Assembly (NCBI RefSeq): GCF_963506605.1
Contig: NC_083286.1
Coordinates: 30,876,001 to 30,940,000 of the forward strand
Direction of reading: 5' to 3'
Source: Zootoca vivipara
Taxonomy: Eukaryota
DNA: 64,000 bases
The translations under genes were made by a program, and so were the position numbers. Below, piece after piece: positions 49,276 to 61,740 of the stretch (position 1 is the stretch's first letter; each line of letters starts with the position of its first letter). Under the pieces are notes generated by a model, which saw only the letters and a list, made by a program, of their open reading frames with translations, searched no databases and was not told the DNA's origin.

Positions 49276-49516
49276 CGTCTAAAGCACTTTTATGCTACTT
49301 GAACATTCATGGATTCCCCCAAAGAACTCTGGGAACTGCAGCTTCTTACGTGTGCTGGGAGGAGTTAAAATACATTTCCCAGCATCCTTAACTACAGTTC
49401 CCAGGATTTTCAGAGGGAAAGTTAATGTAATATAAGAGTGCTTTCGTTTTGTCCTTTCGCAGACACAGCAAACATATAATATGGCATTTACGTCCTCAAA
49501 GTATGTGTGTATTTCA

Positions 49517-49549
<33 letters not shown>

Positions 49550-50136
49550 AGTATTGCACACAAATACAAGAATCTTGGATTGATTCGGCTCTTTGATCAG
49601 CTACGGTAGGTCTACTGAAAGTAAGAAGGTTGCTACTTCTTTCTGTTGTGTGGGGGATCAAAGTGGAAAACCACATAGCTGTAGCGCTTAACCTCCAGAA
49701 ATGTCCACAACTTATTCCACCAGGAGCATAACTTCTTGAGTCCTTCGTTCTGGCAACTTGGGAGGAGGTATGCAGGATACTCCTTAAAAACAAAACAAAA
49801 AAACCCATATTAAGTAGATACATTTATTAATATTTATTTATTCATTTTTGTTTTAGTAAAATGATAAATCTGAATTCTATCCTTGAAAGAATAAAAAAGT
49901 CATATTGTAAACTGCTGGTCTATGACCGTAATAAACTGATTGATTGAAAGTCACTTTGCTTTATGCTGAAATGATAACAGTATGGGCCTCTTCCCTGGGA
50001 AGAACATTCTAAAGACGGGGCACTACATCTGGAAATGCTCTCTACCCAGTTGTCACCTGCCTCAGGTGGGCAGGAGTAGGACATCAAAACAGCAGAAGAG
50101 GTTAGCAGGGTCTGGGTGCTTCTGCAGAGCTAGCAG

Positions 50137-50317
50137 CAGGCCCGGCTCTAGGTGTACTCCCAGTGGCGTGGGGCGCCGGGGCGCCGGGCCGGCAGGGGGG
50201 GCGCTGCATGGCGAAGCTGCGCGGAAGCCATGCTGCGTGCTGCGAGGGTGGGGCGGGGCACCAGAGCAATCTCCGCGCCTCAGCGCCAGGGCGCCCGACC
50301 TGCTGGAGACGGCCTTG
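50137..50317. mobile_element. GC-rich hAT (Tip100-like) MITE
   Basis: Ends caggcccggctctag / ctggagacggccttg; perfect 8-bp TSD gctagcag. Confidence 0.85.
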
Positions 50318-51241
50318 GCTAGCAGGCAGATCTCAGCTCCAGAACCTTTTGTTTCATTTAAGAATTTAAGCACAGATTACTGCTCAGGGATGAGTCCATT
50401 GCTGTCTTTAAAAAAATTACTTGGAAGAATATTAGCGGTAAGGAGAAGGAGAAGCAAGGGTTACACATACATATCCTTTACCTACTTCCATGCATATAAG
50501 ACAAAGAATAGAAACTGCAGTCTTCCTAGAAGTACCTAGACTACAGTTTCTTATATACACAGTAGCAGCTAGTTACTGCCGCCCATTTTGTACAACTAGG
50601 TCACACACAGAACTTGTACAATAGCATACAATGGATTCTGTGGCTATGGAGCTTTCAACAAGTGAATGAAGCTTTCAACAAGGGCGAAATCACTGTAAAA
50701 TGAATTAATGGCAGCTGTGTAGGCATCTTCTTTTCAGTGGACGGTGCCCTTTGTTTCTGTTGGGGTCTGAACTGGAAAAGAGAAGGAAAAGACTGCTCCC
50801 TTGAAGAGGGGGGGGGGGAAGAGAGATAACAGTAATTTATAAAAAGTCATGAAATGCTCTAATTTTCAAAAGGCTTGGTATATAGGAAATTGCTTGATGC
50901 TGAGTCATAGTATTATCCAATTTAGTATTGTCTACAACAGGAACGTGCTTGCTGTTGTTCACCTCTCATCTTCTTTGACCATTGGCAATGCTGACTGGGC
51001 TAGTGGGAATTGGATGATGGAGTGTGTGCTTATCTTCCTCTTACGCATCTTGTTCTCTGTGTATGTGCCCTGGAAACTTCAGTAAAGTGGTAAAGCTCAC
51101 CAACATGAAACAGTTGTTTTTAGAAGTTGTTTTACTTGGCACACACAAACACACACTCTATATTTACACACACACACACACACACACACTATACACATGT
51201 TACACGAAGGCTCACCCCCTCTTCCCAGAGAGGGTTGTGTA

Positions 51242-51466
51242 CAGTGGTACCTTGGGTTACAAACATTTTGGGTTACAAACTCCACTAACCTGGAAGTAGT
51301 ACCTCGGGTTGAGAACTTTGCCCCAGGATGAAAATGGAAATCGTGCAGAAGCAGTGCGGCGGCAGCAGGAACCCCCATTAGCGAAAGCGCTCCTCAGGTT
51401 AAGAATGATTTCGGGCTAACAACGGACCTCCGGAACGAATTAAGTTCGTAACCCAAGGAACCGCTG
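51242..51466. mobile_element. Tc1/mariner (Tigger-like) MITE
   Basis: TIRs cagtggtaccttgggttac / gtaacccaaggaaccgctg, TA flanks. Confidence 0.85.
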
Positions 51467-52617
51467 TACTTTAAAGTCCTTCCTGAGCCCAAGCCCATTA
51501 GCATGTTCTAGGTCCAGTTCCTCAGAGTCCTGCATCTGACAGAGTTCTCTGAGTTCTGAAGTCTGGCAATTCTCCAACTTCTTCTCAGACAATCTTTTCA
51601 AAAAGTCTTCACATGAATCCACGATGCACACTGTATGTTGTGACCTGAGCCCTTTTATACACAAAGTTACTTGCCAAATCTCCCCAATAACATAGATAAG
51701 AAATTCACCAGATTCAGCCAGGTACATTGTGGGGCATGAGTGTTAGGTATAATTGGTTTACCGGTAATTAACACTGATATGGGAATGCCGGTGTATTGCT
51801 GAAAAGGTTTAACATGGGGAGATACCATTGAAGCTTTGGAAGAGCAAGAAGAGCACTCTGAGCTCTTGCTGAGTTGATAATTAACTAATTGTTGATTTCT
51901 GCTTGCTAACAAGTGAGTGTTGTAACCTTAGATCAGGTGACAGAGGTATTGGTTGCAAATCTCCTTTTTGTAAATGAAGCTCTCGAGGAAAACAGTTTCA
52001 GGTGAAATGGATGCTGCTAAAGACAAAAAGTGACCTTTGCTTATAGGTCTGCTTGGATTATTTCATATTTTCTAAGATGCTGAGCTTGTGCTGGACAGCA
52101 TAAGGTATTGTATGTATAATTTTGATGTACATCTGATGTTTTAATTCTGTTACGAAGAGTAAAAGTTTGAATAATATTTTCATTGTTCTGGACAAAGATT
52201 TCTTCCAAAAGGAGTCAGTTCTTATGCTTCCAGTTGCTTCAAACGGCACAATATTAATATTTGCAATAATGAGCCAGCAACTCATATGAAATTAACCCAA
52301 TAAACACTTTCCTTAACATTGGAGTCTAGCAAGGCCTGGAGAGCCACAAATTGCCTTGCTCCCGATAGACAGGGGCTGGCAGTGGTTCCCCAAGGTTCCA
52401 GAGAGGAGCCTGGGATGTTTTACATGCATAGCATGTGCTCTGCCACTGAGCTACATCCTTTCCCCTAGATACAGCTGGTGCCTTCCTATCAGATGTAACT
52501 GCTTTCCATTTTCGAGAATGACTGACTGATGAGCCGTTTCAAACCAAGCACGTTTAGCACATTGATGAGATGATGAAGATGATCCCCATGCTTAAACAAT
52601 TAATAGCAGCTCAGGAG

Positions 52618-52776
52618 CACTGGCGGAGGAAGGGGTGTGTGGTGGATGCCATCCCTGAGGGGGAATGTCATCGCCCCCCCGCCCACCCGGGATGCTAGCA
52701 GTGGATGGCTAGCCCTGCCCCCATGTGCACAGCATGTGCGCCACTCCGGGTGCCAGAGTAGCTAGCTCCACCTCTG
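52618..52776. mobile_element. hAT MITE A of a tandem pair
   Basis: cactggcggag...ctccacctctg, between ctcaggag and ctaaggag. Confidence 0.7.
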
Positions 52777-52784
52777 CTAAGGAG

Positions 52785-53130
52785 CAGGGGTGTAGGAAGG
52801 GGGGGGCGGAGGGGCGGGCCACCCTGGGTGTCACTCTGGGAGGGGTGACAAGATGGCCCCTGCCTCCCCCCAGCTGTAGAGCGGCCGAGGGCGCTTGCAG
52901 TCCGTATGGGCACCGCTCATGTGGTGTCCGTACGGGCTGCCTCTCGCACGGTGACCATACGGACTGCTGCATGTGCGCAGTCTGTACGGGATGCCACTCA
53001 CACGGCAGCCCGTACAGCCGCCATGCGTGAGTGGCAGCCCATATGGAGTGTGCACACGCAGGATGCCACATACGTGCAGTCCGTACAGGCTGCACTACCC
53101 CGGGTGCCACAGAGGGTTCCTCCGCCACTG
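52785..53130. mobile_element. hAT MITE B of a tandem pair, with internal minisatellite
   Basis: caggggtgtaggaa...ttcctccgccactg, between ctaaggag and ctcaggag. Repeated gcagtccgtac-like units. Confidence 0.72.
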
Positions 53131-54519
53131 CTCAGGAGTGGTGGGAATCTTCTCGGATGGGTAAAAATAATTAAATTTTGATTCAGTTTCCACTGGCGCT
53201 TTGTTCATTTAAATGTCTGCTTGTTTCCAACTGCAATAATAATAATAATAATAATATCTAAATTCAAAAGCCTCTGTGTTCTGAAAGCTGGGACTTGCTG
53301 CTCCATTTTGTGTCTTTGAACACAGGGATATGAAAAACGACAGCAGTAGATTAAAGCAAATGGGAAAGCAGCAAACTTCTGAAATCCAATAGGAATGTGG
53401 CACTTGCCCGTCAGAGCCATTATTACTGACACTCCTCACTGGCATTAAAACTCAAACCACATGTCAGAAACAGAGTCCTTTTTAAACTCCACAGAGAACC
53501 TCACTTATGTTTATCTTCTTTATCTTTTCTGCCCACACATTTCCCAGTAGGAGAACTACTTGCTGGACAGTGTGTTGGCAGGAGTGTCAGATAAAATTCA
53601 GACAGGCAGATACATGGTTTGGCTCGAGAAGACATAATAGTAGCTAATAGCATGGTTGAAGAATAGGGACAGTCACTACTGGGAGATTACAGAAACCTTT
53701 CATCTACAGAATGGCGAGAAAAGAACTACTGAAAAGAATGAGAGCAACATTTTTAAAGAATCTGTTTTCTGACTCTTTGGAGTAGTGTTTGGAGAATTTG
53801 TCCAATTCCTCCTCATCTAGTTCATCATGGAGCTATGTCTATTCAGGATTTCAAATATGAAGGAGATATACAACTGGCAACTTCTGTACCAGAAATGGAA
53901 GTTATTTCTTAGGAGGTGATATGGGTCCCATCTGCACTCCAATGCCCCTGATTGTCAGTCTTGTTCTTGTTCCCGATATTCAAATAAATCCTTTTTGAGC
54001 TGAATCTCGGTCTTGGGTCAGGCCTGAATCCATCTACACATCAAAGTGATGTGTGTACCGGTATTTTAAAATGACATTGCTGTGCTGTTGAGCACAAACA
54101 CTCCTGGATATATTTGCTTGCTCAATCTACTTAAAGCACAGCTCTTCTGCCTCTGAATTTCCTCAGCTTCTGTGAAAAAGTGTGTTTGGATTTTCCAGTA
54201 GGGAAATGAAGCAGATCCCAACATTGCAACATCTGTCCTTGTAAGAAAACACCCATAGCTTTCTTTCTGAAATTCTGGAATCAAACTCCACCAGTTTACA
54301 AGTATTCAAGGAATATTCAGCAAATACCTGCATACTTGGAAAATATCTGGTGAATGTGCAACAACAGTATTTGCAAATTACAGTTTTGAATAATATATTT
54401 ATTGTGCTTCTGTTCTAAGCAACTCCACCCCACCCCACCCAAGCTTAAGGAACTGTGCATTGTGATGGTAAATTATTTCCAGAGCTGAACTAGTAGTTAC
54501 CAGTCCTCAATTAGATTGT

Positions 54520-54608
54520 CATAGCTGCCAAGTTATTCCTTTTTTAAGGGATTTTCCATTATGCTGAACAGGCTTCCTCGCGAGAAAAGGGAAAACTTGG
54601 CAGCTATG
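54520..54608. mobile_element. ~90-bp hAT MITE (CATAGCTGCCAAGTT TIR)
   Basis: Perfect TIRs; the TSD is partial (gattgt). Confidence 0.88.
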
Positions 54609-54997
54609 GATTGTGCACATTTGGTTCTTCCACTAGAGGTTTTGTCGGGGGGGGGGGGGAGAAAGGAAACCAAGAGCAACATGAAAAATTGATTTCAACC
54701 TTGCTAATCTGCCCAGAAACACTCCTGCTAAGTACAAAAGGCTTTTGATAGCAACCCATGGCATCAAAGTTCCCATTAAAATGTCGGCATTGCATTTAGT
54801 GCAATGAACTCCTATTTCAATAAAAATGTACGGTTTGCCACAAATATAAATGGCACCTGGGTGATGAGAGCACTGCAGAGCCAACTTAAAACATTAAGCC
54901 CGTTAAGATGATGTATACAGACCCTACAAGTGTCCCTGTTTTCCAGTCTTGGATTTACAGAAGCCATCCTGGATCCTGATTTGTCCTGCTTGTCCTT

Positions 54998-55324
54998 AAA
55001 GGTAAAGGGACCCCTGACCATTAGGTCCAATTGTGACCGACTCTGGGGTTGCGGCGCTCATCTTGCGTTATTGGCCGAGGGAGCCGGCGTACAGCTTCCA
55101 GGTCATGTGGCCAGCATGACAAAGTCTGGTGAACCAGAGCAGCTCACGGAAACGCCGTTTACCTATTCATCTACTTGCACTTTGACGTGCTTTTGAACTG
55201 CTAGGTTGGCAGGAGCTGGGACCGAACAATGGGAGCTCAGCCCGTTGCGGGGATTTGAACTGCCGACCTTTTGATCGGCAAGCCCTAGGCTCTGTGGTTT
55301 AACCCACAGCGCCACCTGCGTCCC
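54998..55324 (-). mobile_element. Sauria SINE
   Basis: Family match; 14-bp TSD tcctgcttgtcctt. Confidence 0.92.
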
Positions 55325-55339
55325 TTCCTGCTTGTCCTT

Positions 55340-56270
55340 GTTGTTGTTTAGTCGTTTAGTCGTGTCCGACTCTTCGTGACCCCATGGACCATAGCACGCC
55401 AGGCACTCCTGTCTTGCACTGCCTCCCGCAGTTTGGGCAAACTCATGTTCGTGGCTTCGAGAACACTGTCCAACCATCTTGTCCTCTGACGTCCCCTTCT
55501 CCTAGTGCCCTCAATCTTTCCCAACATCAGGGTCTTTTCCAAGGATTCTTCTCTTCTCATGAGGTGGCCAAAGTATTGGAGCCTCAGCTTCACGATCTGT
55601 CCTTCCATGGAGCACTCAGGGCTGATTTCCTTCAGAATGGATAGGTTTGATCTTCTTGCAGTCCACGGGACTCTCAAGAGTCTCCTCCAGCACCATAATT
55701 CAAAAGCATCAATTCTTCGGTGATCAGCCTTCTTTATGGTCCAGCTCTCACTTCCATACATCACTACTGGGAAAACCATAGCTTTAACTATACGGACCTT
55801 TGTAGGCAAGGTGATGTCTCTGCTTTTTAAGATGCTGTCTAGGTTTGTCATTGCTTTTCTCCCAAGAAGCAGGCGTCTTTTAATTTCGTGACTGCTGTCA
55901 CCATCTGCAGTGATCAAGGAGCCCAAGAAAGTAAAATCTCTCACTGCCTCCATTTCTTCCCCTTCTATTTGCCAGGAGGTGATGGGACCAGTGGCCATGA
56001 TCTTGGTTTTTTTGATGTTGAGCTTCAGACCATATTTTGCGCTCTCCTCTTTCAGGATATGGAACAACTCCTCTTTCTGGATATGGAACAACTGATTGGT
56101 TCAAAATTGGGAAAGGAGTACGACAAGGTTGTATATTGTCTCCCTGCTTATTTAACTTATATGCAGAATTCATCATGCGAAAGGCTGGACTAGATGAATC
56201 CCAAGCCGGAATTAAGATTGCCGGAAGAAATATCAACAACCTCAGATATGCAGATGACACAACCTTGATG
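55340..56270 (-). mobile_element. Bov-B LINE with 5' inversion
   Basis: The minus-strand ORF KEESAKYGLKLN...RTRLND is uninterrupted. The plus-strand piece from ~56054 encodes GYGTTDWFKIGKGVRQGCILSP...LRYADDTTLMA (RT catalytic YADD). TSD gcttgtcctt. Confidence 0.95.
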
Positions 56271-57816
56271 GCTTGTCCTTAGGATGTCCCTATTTTCATT
56301 GGAGACATGCTGGAGCATTTGGAGTTATATGACCTCCAAGCCAAGGAGTTAAGTAACTATACAACCTTTAGAAGATGTCTGAAGGCAGATCTGTAAAGGG
56401 AAGGTTTTTTAAAAAAATGTTTAATGTTTTATTATGTTTTTATATATATTGGAAGCCACCCAGAGTGTCTGGGGAAACCCAGTCAGATGGACACGGGGTA
56501 TGTATGTATGTATAGAATAGGATGTCTCTCTTTTCATCAGAGAAATGTTGGAGGGTATGTGTATAGTACTCTAAATTAGCATATTGGCTTGACATCTAGG
56601 TGGCATACAGTGATTTTATGTGCCTGCGTTATATATAGCTTCTTAATTTTTGTGAACTGTACCTCAGATAGTGCAGTTTGTGTTTGCATCTGGGCTGACA
56701 ACAGATTTCATCTAAGTTATGCTAATATTGTAACACCACACATTTCAGAGCCGTCTGCTTTTCTTAAACCATCATTTTGTATGTCGTAAACCTCTACAGA
56801 CAGCACATTCTGACAATGTATTATTGCTGTATATTTTCCACTTCGGAACATGATACCTATCTGAGGAATCTCATTTGAATCTTGAGAATAAGAAGAAAAG
56901 ATATGGAAATATGGAAAGCAGGTAAAGTTATGATGAAGTCATAAATGTTGTAGAGCTTGTCAACATGAATAACTTGCTGAGCTGGAAATTTATTTGTCAC
57001 GTTTATGTATTTTTGTTTCTTTATTCCTTTGACTTGGGTAATGACAATTTGCCACAATAAAAGCAGGATGCTTCGCAGTCATCTTCTGGTAGGAATACTG
57101 AAGAGGGATGTTGTGCTGGGGCCCACAACCAAAGGATAAATCCCCAGGTCCTCATGAAACTCTTGTTCTTTTGAAAACAAAAAGGGCTGAATGCAGAAAA
57201 CCTTTGTGATTCTGTCTACAAATGCTAATTAGTTCCCAGTCCTTTTACCGTATTTTTTCCATTTAAAAGGGAATGTGAAAAGAAACTGACCTTTTTTTTT
57301 TATTAAAAAAGAGACTTAATATAAAAATGAGCAAGAATAAAAAATGTTATAACTATGAAACAAACAACGGTAAATTAATAAAATGTCAGTCTTCAGCATA
57401 ATTTATGCAATATGAATAAATTAGTATTTATTGAGTGGCTATTTAGATGGATATTAATTGTGAACGCATGTATGATGTATACATTTTTGTGAGAAATAAT
57501 TTTTTTTACTCCATGAACTTAATATGTTTGAGGTGGGTGGGGGTGGGGAATCAATTAGGCATCCTAAAATTCACCAGAAAAAAATATGTTTATGCTGCCT
57601 ACCAAAGGACAGGTAAATCACAGACACCCCTACCTCATGAAGTCATACCACAATCCCAGTGTCACAGCAGAAAATATTCATTGCTACACACAGTATCTGG
57701 ATGTTGCTGAATTTGATAGAGGGGCAGTGGGTCTTCCTTGATAAATGAGATATAATAAAAGTGTCCAAGTGAGTTAGCCAATATTGTGCAGGGTTCAAAT
57801 CCCCACGAAGCCTGGA

Positions 57817-58072
57817 TAGGGTTGCCATATTTTGAAGAGCCAAAAAGAGGACACTATGATGACTCTCATTTTAAATACTCCTGTAGGCTATCAAAGCTGT
57901 GATATATTGCTGAGATGGGCAGGAGAAGAGAAGAGGAAGTCTCCAACCATGTTCATGTCTCATCCAGAAAGTATAGCCAGAGACATTTTGGCAAATCTAA
58001 AAAATCCACCGGGACTGAAATTTTACCCCTGAAAATGAGGACATGACCTTGAAAAAGACCACACATGGCAAA
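57817..58072. mobile_element. Degenerate Blackjack-like hAT MITE inserted in a Squam3-like SINE
   Basis: Starts tagggttgccatatttt. SINE sequence lies before (gggttcaaatcccc) and after (actcattgggtgacttgg...acctcgcagggtggttgtg). Confidence 0.55.
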
Positions 58073-58687
58073 CAACTCATTGGGTGACTTGGAACCAGTT
58101 GCCATGTCTCAGCACAACTTACCTCGCAGGGTGGTTGTGAAGATAAAATGGGAACCATGACTCCTCAAAGGTAGGATGCAAAAAAAGCAAACCCGTGGGC
58201 CTTCCAGACATTGTTGAACTACAACGTCCATCATCTCTTACTATCTGCCATACTGGCTTGGACTGATTGGTACTGGAGTCAAACAACAGAACCACATCCC
58301 CAGGGGCCACATTCCAGTGGTGGGTGGACAGCCAGAGGCAAAAGTAGGCACAACAGTTAATGCAAATGTTACCTCCGTACAGTAAGCTAGTTTCTAGACA
58401 CGCACTCACACATCATTCTCCTGCCTCCATCCATGCAAGCAAGAAGCATTTTCAGAGTTCAAGATTTTGTCCAGAGTTTTGTCTGGGTAGCCAAACAAAC
58501 TCAAGGATGGTGTGAAGCAAAGCCAGTAAGGAGTGTGACCTGAAGAGAAAGGATGTGGCTGTGGAAGGGTCCCAATGGCCATACATGGAGTCTGGAGGGC
58601 TGCATTTGGCCCCCAGTCCTGTGGCTCCATACCCCTCCACAGGTTCCCCATTATTGTAAAAAAATATGAATAAATGAATGAATTCAT

Positions 58688-58723
<36 letters not shown>

Positions 58724-61244
58724 TAAAACCTGATTTGCTCACTGGACCTGGGCTTGAAGTGCCATTGCTTAAGCTGTGCGCTTTTCACATATCGAAACAC
58801 ACATTCTTTCTTTTCCTTCTTTCACATTAAGCAGAAAAGCCCATTTCTTTTTTAAAGCTACACTTTACAATAGGACTGACTTTTTATTATCTGTTGTTTG
58901 TTACTTCTTCTTCCAGTAAAAAAAGTCTCTGCAGAAAGAAAGGTGCTGGTTCCATGGCACAGTGAGCAGTAAAGTTATTATAAAGAAAAACAGAGTGGTA
59001 TAAATTTGCAACATAGTGGAATGACACCCTGAAGAAGTAATATCATTGGGACATATTCTAGCAGTTTAGAGACAGAATGTTCAGTGGGAATCAAAGATTA
59101 GCAATGGGATAAGACCAGGTCTTCAACTGGGCTTATTTTTATATATATATAACCCAAAGGTTACAATCACCATTATGTCCTAAACTTACTATAATATGAT
59201 ATTTTAAATTATCTGGCAATGCTACAGTATGTTTCCTAGTCTTTACACTTTGAGAAGAAGCCTACACTTCAAGATAAAACAAGGAAAGTCTGTATAAAGG
59301 GCCAATTGCACAAAGTATGTCTCCTTTCCCCTGCTTTAATTATTCAGCTAAACACATCTCACAAACATATGTTGTGAACAGCCATTGCACCAGACCATGC
59401 CTTTGTCAGTAACCCTATGACTGCAGACGGGGAATGAATCCTAACAGCCTTATGCAAATCACAGCTTGCTCCAACCCACTCCATTACACACATGTAGATG
59501 GCAAGCATGGAGAAAGGGGATGCAGGTTTGTGCATCTAGCCCCCCCCCCAAAATAACACTGTTCCTCCTGCTTCCACTGTCATCCTTTTGAACATAACCT
59601 CTGTGGTGGTTAGCTGTCTGCATGCACGATTGCTCAGGGTTCAGAATAACACAGGGAATAGTGTGGAAGCTGGTCCATTAGGTCCATTTTTACATTTCCA
59701 AAATGTGCATATTAAGCAAAGTTGCATACAAAAATGTTTATGCTGGGATAAATTTGCACTAAAATGGTTATGAATTTTCATGAGAGGTTTTTTTTATTAT
59801 TATTAAAATTACAAGCTGATGTCAAAATGTGAAGAACTGAAGGCTGGAAAAAGGACAATGTCAGAAAAACCAATATTGACAGATTTCCCCATCACTATAA
59901 GATTGCAGCCTAAATCTGAAAATTGGGATGAGTTTGTATTGCTATGAACTGACATGACTCTTCCGATCACACACTGTTGTAATGTAGTTGATTAACTTTG
60001 CATTAAGGTGCCATACTCTTTGCAGGGCTAATCAGCATGATTATTGTTTCTACCAACTTGACCATCAACCTATGCAGAATGTGGAACTACGTTATACGTG
60101 CCCCCTCCCCAAAAATACATACATCAGCAATTAATTCACTATCTATTAATTCACTATTATGGCTAGTATTATGGGTAGAACTACTTAAATTAATTGTGGA
60201 ACTTTTCCCTATGAAAATTTGAACAGAGCTCTTTAGAATTCAACTTGTGAGGCCGGACTCCTTGCTCTGAGACACAGAGAGAAAAGTCCACAGTGCACCA
60301 TACCCTTATTTTTTGTTGACCTTTAAGGTACATCTTGCTCAAACCTGAAGGAAGTATTAGAATTTCATTTCTGAGATCAGGGGAAAAAACCCCTCACACT
60401 TTAATATATGCCTTGAATAGATCACACTTGATAACTGTTCTTTGGCTAAGATTTTGCAGTGAAATTGCAAAGAGATAATACCTATGTAACAAAATAAAAT
60501 GAAGTGTTGCAGGGCGGGGGTGTAAAAGGGAGGAAACAGAGTTGAATGGAAGAAGAGGAGAAATGTGCAAATAATAACAGGAAAATGTTGCAGCTATTAA
60601 ATGTGATTGAACAGCTGCCATTAAAATTAATGGCAACACTCATCACTGTATGATATCAAAGAGTTGTTGCCTGGTAAAATGTTCTGGAGGGGGTGGTATG
60701 TAAATCTCAAATTTGGTAGCACATTTTATCTTGTGGCCAAAACTGTATTCACCAAGTTTCCTGGCAGCCTACAACTATATTGCTTTCATCTTTCCTTGGG
60801 AAAAAGGCTCCTTTTAAAATCTAGTGTACAAGAAATTGTCTGCCTGCCACGACTTGAAATACATTATTGTTCCAACTGATTTGCCAATGTACGTGTGTGC
60901 AAAAAACATAGGAAGTCTTTATGTCTGGTTTAAGATAAGACAGTAAAAGAGCCTCTTTCTTTTGTAAGATTTTAAAATATCAACTATTCCATTCAAGGCC
61001 GCATGTCTCGTCTTCTAGTTTAATAAGATGCATTTATTTTAGAGATATCATTCATGCCTTTTCATGATCTTCTGCTTTGCAAGCCTTATACGGATTTCAA
61101 AGAAACTAGGCAATCTGCAGGAACAATGCTACATTTCCGTGGAGACTGGGTACAAGTCTCGGCTTACAGAGGAAGCCAATGCTTTCGACATTGTCCACAG
61201 CCCAATCAGATGGTGTCTGATTGCTCAACCAGTTATATCAATTA

Positions 61245-61492
61245 CTTTCATGGAGGATAAGGGTATCAATAACTCCTAGGTATTGTGGTGATGCTGTGTC
61301 TCCATAGTCAGAGGCAGTAATGGTTCTGAATACCAATTGATGGAAACGATGGGGTGGCAGGTGTGTGTGTGTGGGGGGGTGTACAGAGTTCTCTTGTGCT
61401 CATGTCCTGCTTGCAGGGTTTTCCATGGGCATCTGGTTGGTCAGTGTGAGAACAAGATTCTGGACTAGAAGGGCCACTGGCCTGATCCAGCA
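61245..61492 (+). mobile_element. CR1-like LINE 3' end
   Basis: Homologous to 20120-20335. Confidence 0.65.
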
Positions 61493-61510
61493 TAATAATA
61501 ATTTTATAAT

Positions 61511-61740
61511 AATTTATTATTTATACCCCACCCATCTGGCTGGGCTTCCCCTGCCACTCTGGGTGGCTCCCAACAAACATTAAAACACACCAAATATCAC
61601 AGATTAAAAACTTCCCTAAACAAGGCTGCCTTTAGGTATTTTCTAAATGTCAGGTAGTTATCTCTCTGACCTCTGATGGGAGGGTGTTCCACAGGGCGGG
61701 TGCCACTACCGAGAAGGCCTTCTGCCTGGTTCCCTGTAGC
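61511..61740 (-). mobile_element. L2-like LINE 3' end
   Basis: tttataccccacccatctggctggg...gagaaggccttctgcctggttccctg. Confidence 0.78.

Larger units (their letters stand above)
54918..56559. mobile_element. hAT-type element hosting a Sauria SINE, a Bov-B and an L2 tail
   Basis: Ends cagaccctacaa / ttggagggtatg (10/12 IR); tgtata on both flanks. Confidence 0.55.

Noticed and set aside
49982-50539. 185-aa ORF / CpG-island promoter
   Set aside because: The GC-rich core is a TSD-flanked hAT MITE, and the ORF is stop-poor because of composition.
52695-53181. Overlapping ORFs / CRISPR-like spaced repeats
   Set aside because: This is a degenerate minisatellite inside a MITE in eukaryotic DNA, with no constant repeat-spacer structure and no cas genes.
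55348-56091. 247-aa ORF as a host gene
   Set aside because: It is a truncated Bov-B fragment, and its start codon comes from the inversion junction.
56859-56925. Exon-like EESHLNLENKKKRYGNMES followed by gtaaag
   Set aside because: There is an in-frame stop just upstream and no acceptor site.
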